Source: Patescibacteria group bacterium (lineage in GTDB: Bacteria > Patescibacteriota > Microgenomatia > UBA8517). Taken from it: DNA of 64,000 nucleotides. The notes beneath the pieces are model-generated. The model had not been told where the DNA came from. It saw nothing but the letters and a program-made list of their open reading frames with translations, and searched no databases. Position 1 is the stretch's first letter. Each line of letters opens with the position of its first letter. This document shows positions 40,200-51,043 of this stretch, piece after piece. The stretch covers positions 2,569-66,568 of the forward strand of contig DATDRP010000001.1 of NCBI GenBank assembly GCA_035291665.1, read 5' to 3'. Both the position numbers and the translations under genes were made by a program.

Positions 40200-40454
40200 A
40201 TGGACAGGAAGTGTGATTTTTGGGTGAATGACGTTGAATAGATTAGTGGAGTAAGAGGTGCGCATGGTAGTGGACTAAGCAAAATTGATTCAGGAGTACA
40301 TTGCCGAATACAACCCGGGATGAAAGCCATTAAACCGTCAAGGCTTCATTGTGACCCAGCACTTTATAAATTATGTGCCAGACAATATGCTGAAGATGAA
40401 GCCAATCGTCCGATTTATTCAAGACCCCCTTACTCTGACGGAGAAGACAGATAG
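40200..40454 (+). pseudogene. small Cys-containing ORF interrupted by in-frame TAG
   Basis: ATG 40200; TAG 40239-40241; frame stays open 70 more codons to TAG 40454. Confidence 0.4.
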
Positions 40455-40538
40455 TAAATAGATTTCCCCATTCTATAGTAATTTTTTAAATATCACGGTA
40501 AATCACCAGCGGGGTGGTACACATTGTTCCTTTCTGAT

Positions 40539-41519
40539 CTATTCAAACTTTATCACAGGGTACCCTTGAAGGAACTGTGTCCAGGCAACCGGTGATTTGC
40601 CTTCTAGTTGGACTAAATCAGGCACCAGACAAAAGGTACTAGAAGTTAGTTTTTCCAGATGGGCTTTGATGATTTTCAATCTCTTTTCACTCTTCTCTTT
40701 TCGCCCTAAACTAAGTTGGACATTAGTCCAGCTTATTGGCCACGGATTCATAGCGCGGATGAAATTGTTCAGGCTATAGGGAGTAGGTTGTAGGTTGTGG
40801 GATTTGCCACTTATTTTCATAAAGGGTATGGTCCATTTACCAACAGATTTTTTCCCGGCAAGTGCATTTTTGAGATATTTTCCGGGAATAAAGCTTTCTT
40901 CTTTTTTTATTTGTCTGGCAATAGTTGCTTTTGAGTGATTTTGAGTTTTAATATGAATTTTTTCTTTTACATATGCGTCCATTAACCCGGGTATAATTTC
41001 AGATGCCCGGTCAAACAAACGGCTTCGAAGGGTTTCGGTTGTATCATTTTCAAATATGTCCTCCTTGAATTGACTAATTATCGGACCATGATCCAGAAGC
41101 TCGTCCAGCTTCATGAAAGTACCGCCTGCAACACCCGTTCCGGATACGATAGAAGCCTGAACTGGCGAAGCTCCCCGCCATTCCGGTAAAAGCGAGGGGT
41201 GAAAATTAATAATCCCGTAATGAAAATGTTTAATTACACCATCTGATATTATTTCACCGTAGGATGCAAGAACTCCGATATCAGCCTTAATATCTTTTTT
41301 TATAATGTCATCGGGAGAGAATAAAATCGGAATTTTTTTATGGTAAGCAAAAGTATCAACAGCTGAAAAACTGAGCTGTTGGTCACGCCCTGAAGGTTTT
41401 GGTTTTTGTGTGACAACGGCAACAATTTCCGATCCGTCTTTCAGTGACCTGAAATTTTTATAAATTGCATCCAGTATTTTGACCGAATAATCCGGTGTTC
41501 CGAAATAAATTAATTTCAT
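40539..41519 (-). CDS. fmt: Methionyl-tRNA formyltransferase
   Basis: YFGTPDYS, VVTQKPKPSGR, NFHPSLLPEWRGASPV, IRAMNPWP. Confidence 0.95.
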   Translation of the reverse strand: MKLIYFGTPDYSVKILDAIYKNFRSLKDGSEIVAVVTQKPKPSGRDQQLSFSAVDTFAYHKKIPILFSPDDIIKKDIKADIGVLASYGEIISDGVIKHFHYGIINFHPSLLPEWRGASPVQASIVSGTGVAGGTFMKLDELLDHGPIISQFKEDIFENDTTETLRSRLFDRASEIIPGLMDAYVKEKIHIKTQNHSKATIARQIKKEESFIPGKYLKNALAGKKSVGKWTIPFMKISGKSHNLQPTPYSLNNFIRAMNPWPISWTNVQLSLGRKEKSEKRLKIIKAHLEKLTSSTFCLVPDLVQLEGKSPVAWTQFLQGYPVIKFE

Positions 41520-42040
41520 AATTCTACTTCCTCCCATTCGCCGTTTTTGAGTTCGTAAAGAGGTGCTTTTTGCTCGAGTAACCGGTCGATAAAAAGAATT
41601 CCTTCAAGATGATCAATTTCATGCTGGATAATTTGTGCTTCAAAACCTTCAAATAATTTAGTTATTTTGTCGCCTTTTTCATCCATATAATTAATTTTAA
41701 TCGAATCCGGTCTTTTCAAAGGACCATATAAGTTGGGAAGTGACAAACACCCTTCCATAAGTTTGGTTTTTTCGTCATGAAGAATCTTTGGTGTTTTTGA
41801 AATAGAAATTATTTCCGGGTTTATAAAAATAGAAATCTCATCTTTCGGTTTCGCTGCAAAAATCCGGACATTTTTTCCGATTTGTGGTGCAGCTAATCCG
41901 ACGCCAATCGGATCTTTTTGAATTGATAAAGTTTCCCGAAGATCATTCATTAATTTTATAATTTTTTTATCAAGCTGTTGAACTGGTTTGGATTCAATTC
42001 TCAGACTTGGATCTTTGACGGAAATAATTTTTTGTATCAT
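41516..42040 (-). CDS. def: Peptide deformylase
   Basis: GVGLAAPQIG, EGCLS, QHEIDHLEG. Confidence 0.97.
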   Translation of the reverse strand: MIQKIISVKDPSLRIESKPVQQLDKKIIKLMNDLRETLSIQKDPIGVGLAAPQIGKNVRIFAAKPKDEISIFINPEIISISKTPKILHDEKTKLMEGCLSLPNLYGPLKRPDSIKINYMDEKGDKITKLFEGFEAQIIQHEIDHLEGILFIDRLLEQKAPLYELKNGEWEEVEL

Positions 42041-42168
42041 AGTAAATTTACTTTATAAATTTTTCGGAATAAAAGGAATCCTTTGCGATTTAAAATAACC
42101 TTCTGATAAGCGTATTTTAGCAAAAAAATAAGAACTTTTGCTTATTATTTTTTTAATAGGATAATTTT

Positions 42169-44310
42169 TTACGAAGACTTAAGTGTTTTGAGGTATTCTT
42201 TAATATTATTGTCATTCGGATCAATCTGATTAAGAATATATTCCAGCTCCTGAATTGCCTTGTCGTGCTCTTTTCTTTCTTCATATACGATTGCAATCGC
42301 ATATCTGGCTTCTTTATAGTTGGGTTTTAATTTAATTGCCGAGTTTAAAGTTTCGATAGCTTTATCGAGTTCTCCTTTTCGGAAATAGACCAACCCGAGA
42401 TTATGAACAAGTTTCGCTTCGGTTGGTGCATATTGAATTGCCGATTTAAGCGTGTTTTCTGCCTCGATAATATAAAGAGGATTTATTTCAGATAGAGAAA
42501 TTGCTATTCTGGCTCTGTTTCTTTGGATATTAATATTCCTGGGGGATAATTTTAGTGCTTTTAAGCTTGTATCCATCGCAGAAACTGCCATTTTTTTGGC
42601 TCTATCCGGTTCTTCCGATTTATTAAAATATAATGCGACTGTTGCCAATGTACTTGCTTCTTCGTCCTGGTAAAGCGCTTCGTTCGGCGTAAGTTTTATA
42701 GCTTTTTCGATAGAATCAAATGCTGATTGAATACTACCTGATGAGCTGAATTTCTCCGAATTGCTGTAATAAATATCTGCTCTCCAATAATTAACAACTT
42801 TGACTAACAAAAATATGAAAAAGGACCATATTAACAGCAACGGGATTCTTAAAACTTTATCGTCTTTTCCGGTAATCTGAAATTGAGTTTCAGATTTAGT
42901 TGTAAAGATAATTGCAAAAGCCGGGAATGTAAAAAATAATAAATTCACAGGCACAACGGAAAAACCGAAGAAATTAGTAATCAGGATAGATGTGAAGCCT
43001 GATAGTAAGGCAATATTTTTAATACTTATGTCAAATTCGCCACTCAAAAATACGATATCCGATTTTTTAATCGGGATTTTAACTTTATGGTTATGGTTTC
43101 CGGTAATTAGTAGTACGAATATGATAGAAAATATTAAAACGAAATAAGACAGTAACCCGATACTGCCTGTAGTCGCGGCAAAATTTAAATATTCATTGTG
43201 AGCCTTGTTATATAAAAAATCCCATTCAGATACCAAGTTATGCTCGACCGGACGGGTTTCATAGTACGAATATGCAAACGTTTCAACACCCGTGCCGAAG
43301 ATCGGATATTTCTTCCAAAGGTCAATTGCGCCTTTCCAGACAATTTTACGAATTTCAGTTGAGCTGGAACCGCCTATTTCAAGAAGCGGGCCTTGAGCCT
43401 TTTGTTCAATTGGTTGAACCGGCGGTAATGTTTCAATTTTATTAATTAAATTACCAACGCTTGGAGTCCAGGGAGTTCCAACAATTGCAATTATAATGAG
43501 AGATGAGAGATTAAATATCAAAAATATTTTAAATATTTTTTTAGCTGATTTATCTATCCTGTAACTAAGAATTATGGTTACTAGCCAATAGACAGTTGTT
43601 GAGAATGCCATTGCAATTATGCCGGAACGCGATTTCGTAAATAACAGGGCGACAAAGAGTATCAAGAAACAAAATACCCAAATTAACGGTTTTTGAAATT
43701 TTAAATCAGACTTGCGTTTTTCAGTATCTATAGTTGATAAAATGGATAAGCTCCATGTCATGGGAATCATTGCAACCAACCAAGCTGCCATCCAGTTTGG
43801 TTGTCCGAATGTCGAGAAAACCCTATTTTGGACGTCCTGTATCCAAATGTTTTTATCTATGCCGAAATGCTGGGCGATACCATATAAACTCGCCAAAAAT
43901 CCCGACACGAGCGATACCTTAACCAGGTTTAATGCCTCTTTAGGATTAAAGTTTGAAACTATTCCCCAATATAAAATTGAATAGCAAATAAGGCTCAAAA
44001 GTCCGCCATTAAATCTTGAGTAATAGCCGAGGAGTGATGTACGAAAATCAATTGAAAATACAGTCGAAATAAGCATACTACCAAGAAATATCAGGATCGG
44101 GACATCAAGAATGGTCCTTTGGAATAAGATTTTTTTATTCAAAAGCATTTTGGAAATCCAAGAAGCCGATATAATTACTGTCATAAGATAGACGATGATA
44201 ATTTTATTGAATTCGAAAAGTTCGGAAGTCGTTGGCCACAATACAAGTGGCGTAAGAAAAAAAAGCAGATAGTAGGTGTAGATTAAGATTTTATGAAATG
44301 TTTTTATCAT
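42169..44310 (-). CDS. O-antigen ligase (Wzy_C) family protein with C-terminal TPRs
   Basis: RVFSTFGQPN, TKSRSG, PIFGTG, AHNEYL, TPR-like tail. Confidence 0.85.
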   Translation of the reverse strand: MIKTFHKILIYTYYLLFFLTPLVLWPTTSELFEFNKIIIVYLMTVIISASWISKMLLNKKILFQRTILDVPILIFLGSMLISTVFSIDFRTSLLGYYSRFNGGLLSLICYSILYWGIVSNFNPKEALNLVKVSLVSGFLASLYGIAQHFGIDKNIWIQDVQNRVFSTFGQPNWMAAWLVAMIPMTWSLSILSTIDTEKRKSDLKFQKPLIWVFCFLILFVALLFTKSRSGIIAMAFSTTVYWLVTIILSYRIDKSAKKIFKIFLIFNLSSLIIIAIVGTPWTPSVGNLINKIETLPPVQPIEQKAQGPLLEIGGSSSTEIRKIVWKGAIDLWKKYPIFGTGVETFAYSYYETRPVEHNLVSEWDFLYNKAHNEYLNFAATTGSIGLLSYFVLIFSIIFVLLITGNHNHKVKIPIKKSDIVFLSGEFDISIKNIALLSGFTSILITNFFGFSVVPVNLLFFTFPAFAIIFTTKSETQFQITGKDDKVLRIPLLLIWSFFIFLLVKVVNYWRADIYYSNSEKFSSSGSIQSAFDSIEKAIKLTPNEALYQDEEASTLATVALYFNKSEEPDRAKKMAVSAMDTSLKALKLSPRNINIQRNRARIAISLSEINPLYIIEAENTLKSAIQYAPTEAKLVHNLGLVYFRKGELDKAIETLNSAIKLKPNYKEARYAIAIVYEERKEHDKAIQELEYILNQIDPNDNNIKEYLKTLKSS

Positions 44311-44548
44311 AAATTAAACTTGACTCCAAACTTTAATGTAAATTGAACACAGTCTTTTGAATTTAGTTGAACCGCCTTAACAAGGATAACGTATTTGATG
44401 TAAGTATGACAAATTACAAAACGAATGGTTCTGAATCCGGGATTAATGCTACCAATTCAGATAAAAATAATAGCATCTATCTGCTAGAATCAGTTACCTT
44501 GAAAAAAGGAAGCACTCTTAACAAAGGAGGTAGTGAGATAATATTAAA

Positions 44549-45643
44549 ATGAGGATTAAAATCGGTAAGATCAAATATGATTTTTCGAAGCTGGAATTTC
44601 CGGGGTTAAGCAGGTTTTGGAAAATATTTTCCTATGATATGGCAGTCGATCTGGGTACTGCAAATACATTGGTATGGATACAGGATCAGGGAATTGTGAT
44701 TCACGAACCCTCTGTTATTGCCAGAAATAAAAAAACTAAAGAAATTCTCGCAGTTGGTAAAGATGCTAAAAAGATGATGGGCAGGTCGCCTCAATCTATC
44801 GAAGTCATACGGCCGCTTAAAGACGGCGTGATTGCCGATTTTGATGCTGCGGAAGTAATGCTTTCGCATTATATCAAGAAAGTTCATGAACCGACTTCGA
44901 TGCTTCCAAAAATACCTAAACCCAGAGTTACGATAGGTATTCCTTCAGGAGTTACGGAAGTGGAAAGAAAAGCCGTTGGAGATGCAGTTTTATCGGCGGG
45001 TGCCAGAGAGGCCAATTTAGTCGAAGAACCTATGGCTGCGGCAATTGGAGCGGGTTTGGCTGTAGAGAAACCGGAAGGTAAATTTATTATTGACATTGGC
45101 GGCGGAACTTCTGAAATAGCTGTCATATCACTCGGCGGAATTGTTGTCGGGAGGTCGCTACGGATTGCGGGTGATGAAATGAATGAAGCAATCATAAATT
45201 ATGTAAAGCTTAAGTATTCGTTACTTTTGGGAGAAACAACAGCAGAGGATGTCAAAATATCAATCGGAAATTTTAGTGATGAAAAGGAAAAATTCCACGT
45301 TGTTCGCGGGAGAGATTTGGAAAGTGGTCTTCCCAAATCAATAAAATTGACGACCCATGAGGTGCGTGAAGCTTTGACTCCGGTTGCGCACGAGATAATA
45401 AATGGCGTAACAGCGACCCTTGAAGAAACTCCGCCTGAGCTTCTATCGGACATCATGGAAGGGGGAATTATTCTCGCCGGTGGTGGTGCATTAGTCGGAG
45501 GTATTGATAAACTGATTTCGGAAAAAACTCAAATGCCAGTAAGAATTTCCGACAACCCGATGTCATGCGTTGTTATGGGGTGTGCAGAACTATTAAATAA
45601 CAAACGGTTATTGAACAAAATCAGGGTAACGAAAGGCAAATAA
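44549..45643 (+). CDS. mreB: Rod shape-determining protein MreB
   Basis: DLGTANT, RPLKDGVIADF, EEPMAAAIGAG, DIGGGTSE, LAGGGAL. Confidence 0.97.
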   Translation: MRIKIGKIKYDFSKLEFPGLSRFWKIFSYDMAVDLGTANTLVWIQDQGIVIHEPSVIARNKKTKEILAVGKDAKKMMGRSPQSIEVIRPLKDGVIADFDAAEVMLSHYIKKVHEPTSMLPKIPKPRVTIGIPSGVTEVERKAVGDAVLSAGAREANLVEEPMAAAIGAGLAVEKPEGKFIIDIGGGTSEIAVISLGGIVVGRSLRIAGDEMNEAIINYVKLKYSLLLGETTAEDVKISIGNFSDEKEKFHVVRGRDLESGLPKSIKLTTHEVREALTPVAHEIINGVTATLEETPPELLSDIMEGGIILAGGGALVGGIDKLISEKTQMPVRISDNPMSCVVMGCAELLNNKRLLNKIRVTKGK

Positions 45644-45646
45644 TTA

Positions 45647-47263
45647 ATGACTGACCAATTAGTCAAAAAAAACATATTACTTAAAATTATTTTAGTTTTG
45701 GGCTTTTTGATTATTTTCGGAAGATTGGTTGAGCTTCAGGTTGTTAAAGGCAATTACTACAGAAACCTTTCTGACGGAAATCGAATACGTCGCGTGAAGA
45801 TCGTTGCTCCAAGGGGAGAGATTTATGCCCGGGGTGGAGAAGTTGTGGTCGGTAATGCCGAAAACCCGAAAAGAGTGTTTTTTGATAGTCAAATGGGTTA
45901 TATAAAGGAAAGCATTCCGGATTCAGAAAAGGATATGGGATCAATAGTCGAATATAAAAGAATCTATCCAATGGGGATGGATTCATCCCATATTAGCGGT
46001 TATTTGGGAAAGGTTACCGAGTCGGAGCTTAATAAAGTTGACGGAAATTGTCCGGACAAGGGTGTAAGAAATTCTGAAGATTGGATTGGAAGAAGCGGTC
46101 TTGAACAATACTATGATTGCTTGTTGCGTGGGGTTGATGGGGAAGAATTGATTGAAGTTGAATCGAATGGCCAAAGAGTCCGTACTTTGGGTATCAAAGA
46201 TCCCGTAAAAGGGGGAGATTTGAAGACAACTCTGGATTTTCCGCTTCAAGAGTATATTGCCAAATTATTAACAAACCAAAAAGGGGCGATTGTTGCAACG
46301 GATGGGTTTGGTGAAGTTCTAGCCTCCTACTCATCACCGTCTTTCGACAGCAGCGCATTTGTTGTCGGTAACGGAGATGTGATTAGTAAAATTTTTGCCG
46401 ATAAAGACCTACCGCTTCTTAACCGAACGATAGCCGGGATTTATGCACCGGGTTCAATCTTTAAGCCCCTGGTTTCATTGGCGGCTTTGGAAGAGGAAAA
46501 AATTAACCCCGATTGGACATACGTGGATACCGGACGGATCAGTTTTCAGACGATTTATGGTGATTACACGTACAATAACTGGTTCTTCACACAATATGGC
46601 GGAACCGAAGGGAAAATTGAGATTACAAAAGCTATTGCCAGATCAACAGACACCTTTTTTTACAAGGTTGGTGAAGAGTTGGGAATAGACAATCTTGTGA
46701 ATTGGGCGAGAAAATTAGGTTTGGGGTCGGTAACGGGGATTGATATTCCGGGAGAGGTTGGAGGTTTGGTCCCGGATCCGGTTTGGAAGGAAAAAACAAA
46801 AGGAGAACGTTGGTTTTTGGGTAATACCTATCATTTGGCAATAGGCCAGGGTGATTTATTGGTCACTCCTATGCAAATGAATATTGCAACCAGTGTAATT
46901 GCAAACGGTGGGAGACTTTGTAGCGCTCACTTCGCGTCCGTTGGCAGACATTGCCTTGACTTGAATATTAAGTCAGAAAATCTTGATCTTGTGAAGACGG
47001 GTATGGAAAAGGCTTGTTCCACAGGGGGAACCGGTTTTACCTTTTTTGATTTTGAAGAAAAGCACGATATTAAAGTTGGCTGCAAGACGGGAACAGCTGA
47101 GGTTGGAAGCGATGATGAGACTCATGCATGGTTTTCTGTTTTTGCTCCGATTGATAATCCTCAGATCGTTCTTACAGTTTTGATTGAAAAAGGCGGCGAG
47201 GGTTCAAAAGTCGCCGGTCCTATTGCAAGAGATATTTTTGATTTTTGGTTTTCGAAGAAGTGA
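45647..47263 (+). CDS. mrdA: Penicillin-binding protein 2
   Basis: APRGEI, GRSGLE, PGSIFK (SxxK), STD, KTGTAE. Confidence 0.9.
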   Translation: MTDQLVKKNILLKIILVLGFLIIFGRLVELQVVKGNYYRNLSDGNRIRRVKIVAPRGEIYARGGEVVVGNAENPKRVFFDSQMGYIKESIPDSEKDMGSIVEYKRIYPMGMDSSHISGYLGKVTESELNKVDGNCPDKGVRNSEDWIGRSGLEQYYDCLLRGVDGEELIEVESNGQRVRTLGIKDPVKGGDLKTTLDFPLQEYIAKLLTNQKGAIVATDGFGEVLASYSSPSFDSSAFVVGNGDVISKIFADKDLPLLNRTIAGIYAPGSIFKPLVSLAALEEEKINPDWTYVDTGRISFQTIYGDYTYNNWFFTQYGGTEGKIEITKAIARSTDTFFYKVGEELGIDNLVNWARKLGLGSVTGIDIPGEVGGLVPDPVWKEKTKGERWFLGNTYHLAIGQGDLLVTPMQMNIATSVIANGGRLCSAHFASVGRHCLDLNIKSENLDLVKTGMEKACSTGGTGFTFFDFEEKHDIKVGCKTGTAEVGSDDETHAWFSVFAPIDNPQIVLTVLIEKGGEGSKVAGPIARDIFDFWFSKK

Positions 47264-47328
47264 TGCTCCAAAAATTAGCAGGAGACTTCGGATAATTCTA
47301 ATTTGAAAATTATCACGTTAATACTATA

Positions 47329-47360
47329 TCATGTTACATATATCATTATATGTGACATGA
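47329..47360. repeat. 32-bp palindrome family, copy 4
   Basis: TCATGTTACATATA-TCAT-TATATGTGACATGA. Confidence 0.9.
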
Positions 47361-47534
47361 AAAGGCACGAATATTATACATAATTAATAAACTGATGGTT
47401 AAATTCAAATTCTATAAGATAACCACAATTTCCTTTAACCGCGTTTACTGCGAACAATTTCTTGCATATCAACGCTTTTTTGGATGCGAACTTTGAAATA
47501 ATTGCGATGTTCAAAATGGCGGCATTTTGTTTAT

Positions 47535-47660
47535 CCGCCTTCGCAGAAAACCGTGAGTCTGAGCTCTCGGATGAATGCGAAGTGTTTTTCCGCTTCGGCG
47601 GATTTTGCTCCGACGAAGCGAAGGAGAAGAAACCACTGGCGTAAGCTAGTGGAGCTTCAT
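47535..47660 (+). mobile_element. Non-autonomous IS200/IS605-end element (second subtype)
   Basis: After TTAT: tcgcagaaaaccg...cggatgaatgcga left end; gaaaccactggcgtaagctagtggagcttcat right end. Confidence 0.6.
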
Positions 47661-47727
47661 GTAATAATTTACCCTTTTTAGGAAAAAAGGATATGAAACC
47701 AATCTGTTGTAGATTAGTATTATATTA

Positions 47728-48810
47728 ATGGTTGACAAGGATTATCTTATACTTCTTTCAACATTCATAAATTTCGGTCCTGCAAGGATAAAGCTTCTTA
47801 CCGGCTACTTCAAAGGAGCAAAAAATGTTTGGAGTGCATCAAAAAAGGATTTGTCGGATGTCGGACTTCGAAAATCCTTAGCAGATAATTTTTTACAACA
47901 CAGGAATAAGTTGGATCCGGATCTTTTCTTTTCAAATTTAAAAAAGAAACAAATTAATATTGTTGTACAGAGCGGAGAACTTTATCCTGCCAACCTGAAA
48001 GGGCTTGACGACGCGCCTGTGGTTTTATATTACAAAGGCATTTTATCCAAAAACGATGTTAACTCGGTTGCGATAGTCGGGGCGAGGAAAATGACTTCGT
48101 ACGGCAGAGAAGTAACATCAAAATTTGCCCTTGAGCTTGCAGCTATGGGAATACCGATTGTATCCGGACTCGCATTCGGAGTTGATGTAGAAGCCCACAG
48201 AAGCGCGGTTTCAATAGGGGGAAGATGCATTGCTGTTTTGGCGTCCGGCGTTGATACGATTACACCGCGATCTAATGAATGGCTGGGAAGAAAAATTATT
48301 GAAGAAAGAGGAGTGATATTGTCTGAATATCCACCGGGTACCGTTCCCCAGAGAAATTTCTTTCCCTATCGAAATAGAATTATTTCGGGTATAGCTAGAG
48401 TGGTTATCGTAGTTGAAGGGTTGGAAAAAAGCGGTACTCTTCATACGGCTTCCCATGCGGCAAGTCAGGGGAAGACCGTTTTCGCAGTTCCCGGTCAGAT
48501 TACATCTCCGACAAGCGGTGCGCCTCATTTTTTACTTAAAAACGGCGCTAAAATGGCAACTTGCGTTAAAGACATTCTTGACGATATGGATTTACAGGTT
48601 AAAGTAGATAGAGACGCAGTGGCAAAAATCATGCCGGATTCCGAAGACGAAGTAAAAATATTAAAGTTTTTGGAAGTCGAACCGCTCTTTCTTGACGAAC
48701 TTGTTAGAATATCAGGGGTCGACGTAAAAATTATATCCGCAAAACTCACAATGATGGAAATGAAAGGTTTAGTGAAAAATCTCGGGGGAGGAAAATATAA
48801 GAAAGTATAA
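47728..48810 (+). CDS. dprA: DNA-processing protein DprA
   Basis: VAIVGAR, IVSGLAFGVD, FPYRNRIISG, VFAVPG. Confidence 0.96.
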   Translation: MVDKDYLILLSTFINFGPARIKLLTGYFKGAKNVWSASKKDLSDVGLRKSLADNFLQHRNKLDPDLFFSNLKKKQINIVVQSGELYPANLKGLDDAPVVLYYKGILSKNDVNSVAIVGARKMTSYGREVTSKFALELAAMGIPIVSGLAFGVDVEAHRSAVSIGGRCIAVLASGVDTITPRSNEWLGRKIIEERGVILSEYPPGTVPQRNFFPYRNRIISGIARVVIVVEGLEKSGTLHTASHAASQGKTVFAVPGQITSPTSGAPHFLLKNGAKMATCVKDILDDMDLQVKVDRDAVAKIMPDSEDEVKILKFLEVEPLFLDELVRISGVDVKIISAKLTMMEMKGLVKNLGGGKYKKV

Positions 48811-48839
48811 GTGTAAGTCAAAGAAGTAATTGACTTCAT

Positions 48840-48986
48840 AGCAGAACCCAAGAAAACCCAGAGCGTCCTTCGACATGCTCAGGATGGTGAGCGAAGCCGA
48901 ATCATGAGCTCGTGGGATGAATTGGATTCTGATATGTCATCCTCCGTTAAAGGAAACCCCATTCGTAAGAATGGGGAGGATGTCAT
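48840..48986 (+). mobile_element. Non-autonomous IS200/IS605-end element with nested REP-like hairpin
   Basis: ccaagaaaaccc...gggatgaattgg; ccccattc-gtaa-gaatggggaggatgtcat; nested ccttcgacatgctcaggat. Confidence 0.7.
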
Positions 48987-49023
48987 AAACTTAGACGCAG
49001 ACTTAATCTTAAACTATTTATAT

Positions 49024-51039
49024 ATGAATTTGATAATAGTTGAATCACCTACTAAAGCGCGTACATTATCTCGGTTTTTGGGGAAAGAATACGATGTGGA
49101 AGCAACCAAGGGTCATATTAAGGATTTACCTAAAAGTACGTTGGGTGTGAATGTCGAAAAAAATTTCACACCTGAATATATTGTCGTTGCAAAACAAACT
49201 GATGTTATTGAGACTCTTAAAAAAGCCTCAAAAAAAGCAAATATTGTCTATCTTGCCACTGACCCTGATCGAGAGGGAGAAGCAATTGCCTCTCATGTTG
49301 AAGAAATTGTTGGAGAGTTTGTTGCGGAGGATAAAATAAAAAGGATAGTTTTTCACGAAATTACCAAAGAAGCAGTAGAGGAAGCGATAGGTAGCCCGCG
49401 AAAAGTTGATCAGCATCTTGTGAATGCACAAATAGCCAGGCGTGTTTTAGATCGATTGGTAGGATATAAATTATCTCCTCTTTTATGGAAGAAAGTCAGA
49501 CGGGGACTTTCGGCAGGTCGTGTCCAAAGTGTGGCAGTTCGGTTGATCGTTGAACGCGAAAGAGAAATTTCTGCTTTCAAGCCGGTTGAGTATTGGGAAA
49601 TATTTTCAGATGTAAGTGGTATCGATGCACCCAAAAAAGATATTTTTAGGGTGAAACTACTAAAAATTAACGGAAAACCCGCAGAGGTTGGTGACGGTGA
49701 AACAGCAAAATCGGTTGTTACCGATTTGAAGGTATTTCCTTACAGAATCTTAGAGGTTACGAAAAAAGAAGTCCATAAACATCCATACCCTCCATATACC
49801 ACTTCCACATTAACTCAAGCGGCAGCGAGAGTGTTCAGGTGGTCTTCAAGAAAAACCATGAGCATTGCACAAAGTCTTTACGAACAGGGATTAATTACAT
49901 ACCATCGTACGGACTCAACCAACCTTGCGGCATCAGCTGTTTTAAAAGCCAGAAGTTTTATTAAAAAGGAATACGGTGAGCAGTATCTGCCATTAAGTCC
50001 GAATTTCTACAAAACAAAATCAAAAGTTGCGCAGGAGGCGCATGAAGCTATTCGCCCCTCAAACGTCAGTATTACAAGCGGAAATGGAAATGCCAAATTT
50101 ACCAGCGATATGGAAAGATTGTATGAGCTGATTTGGAAAAGGTATGTCACGTGTCAAATGTCAGATAGTGTTTACGATGAAACTACAATAGATGTCGAAG
50201 CAAAGAAAGAGGTTGCTTCTTCAAAGTCATATTTACTTCGGACCAGGGGAGCGATAATGAAATTCGACGGATGGAAGAAACTTTATAAAGGATCAAAATC
50301 CTCTGAGGATGATGTTGTTAACTTACCCGAAGTTGTCAAAGACCAACTTCTTACTCTGATCGATGTGATATCTGAGCAAAAGTTCACGCAAGCGCCGGCG
50401 AGATATTCAGAAGCGATGCTTATTAAAACTCTGGAAAGTTTGGGGATAGGCCGGCCGTCAACGTACGCTCCGACTATTTCAACAATCCAGGTACGAAGTT
50501 ATGTTGAAAAAATTGAAGGGCGATTCAAACCAACTCCGGTCGGAATTGCTGTAAATGACTTTTTAATTACGAATTTTCCTGATGTTTTTGAATATAAATT
50601 TACGGCAGATATGGAAAACTCGCTTGATGATATTGCAAACGGTGAAGAAAAATGGAAAGAGTCGATTGGGGATTTTTACCGACCATTCGAGAAGAAATTG
50701 GCAGATGTTGAAAAAAAAGCAAAAAGGGTGAAAATTGAAGCCGAGAAACTTGGCCGGAAATGTCCCGATTGTAAAGATGGAGAGTTGGTAATTCGGATTG
50801 GACGTTTCGGCAGGTTTATTTCCTGTTCGAATTTTCCCGATTGCAGACACACGGAAAAATATGTTGAAAAAGCTCATATGAAATGTCCCGATTGTAAAAA
50901 AGGCGACGTTATTATCAAAAAGACACAAAAAGGAAAAAGGTTTTTCGGATGCAGCCGTTACCCGAAGTGTAAGTGGGCCAGCTGGAGAAAACCTGAGAGA
51001 GTAAAAAAGCTAACTAAAGAAACCTCTAAACAAAGTTAA
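49024..51039 (+). CDS. topA: DNA topoisomerase I
   Basis: IVESPTKA, ATDPDREGEAI, SAGRVQS, ITYHRTDS, Zn ribbons; true start 49024. Confidence 0.98.
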   Translation: MNLIIVESPTKARTLSRFLGKEYDVEATKGHIKDLPKSTLGVNVEKNFTPEYIVVAKQTDVIETLKKASKKANIVYLATDPDREGEAIASHVEEIVGEFVAEDKIKRIVFHEITKEAVEEAIGSPRKVDQHLVNAQIARRVLDRLVGYKLSPLLWKKVRRGLSAGRVQSVAVRLIVEREREISAFKPVEYWEIFSDVSGIDAPKKDIFRVKLLKINGKPAEVGDGETAKSVVTDLKVFPYRILEVTKKEVHKHPYPPYTTSTLTQAAARVFRWSSRKTMSIAQSLYEQGLITYHRTDSTNLAASAVLKARSFIKKEYGEQYLPLSPNFYKTKSKVAQEAHEAIRPSNVSITSGNGNAKFTSDMERLYELIWKRYVTCQMSDSVYDETTIDVEAKKEVASSKSYLLRTRGAIMKFDGWKKLYKGSKSSEDDVVNLPEVVKDQLLTLIDVISEQKFTQAPARYSEAMLIKTLESLGIGRPSTYAPTISTIQVRSYVEKIEGRFKPTPVGIAVNDFLITNFPDVFEYKFTADMENSLDDIANGEEKWKESIGDFYRPFEKKLADVEKKAKRVKIEAEKLGRKCPDCKDGELVIRIGRFGRFISCSNFPDCRHTEKYVEKAHMKCPDCKKGDVIIKKTQKGKRFFGCSRYPKCKWASWRKPERVKKLTKETSKQS

Positions 51040-51043
51040 TCCA

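Noticed and set aside
48904-49023. N-terminal extension of TopA in the ORF track
   Set aside because: It reads through the MITE; the conserved start is MNLIIVES at 49024.
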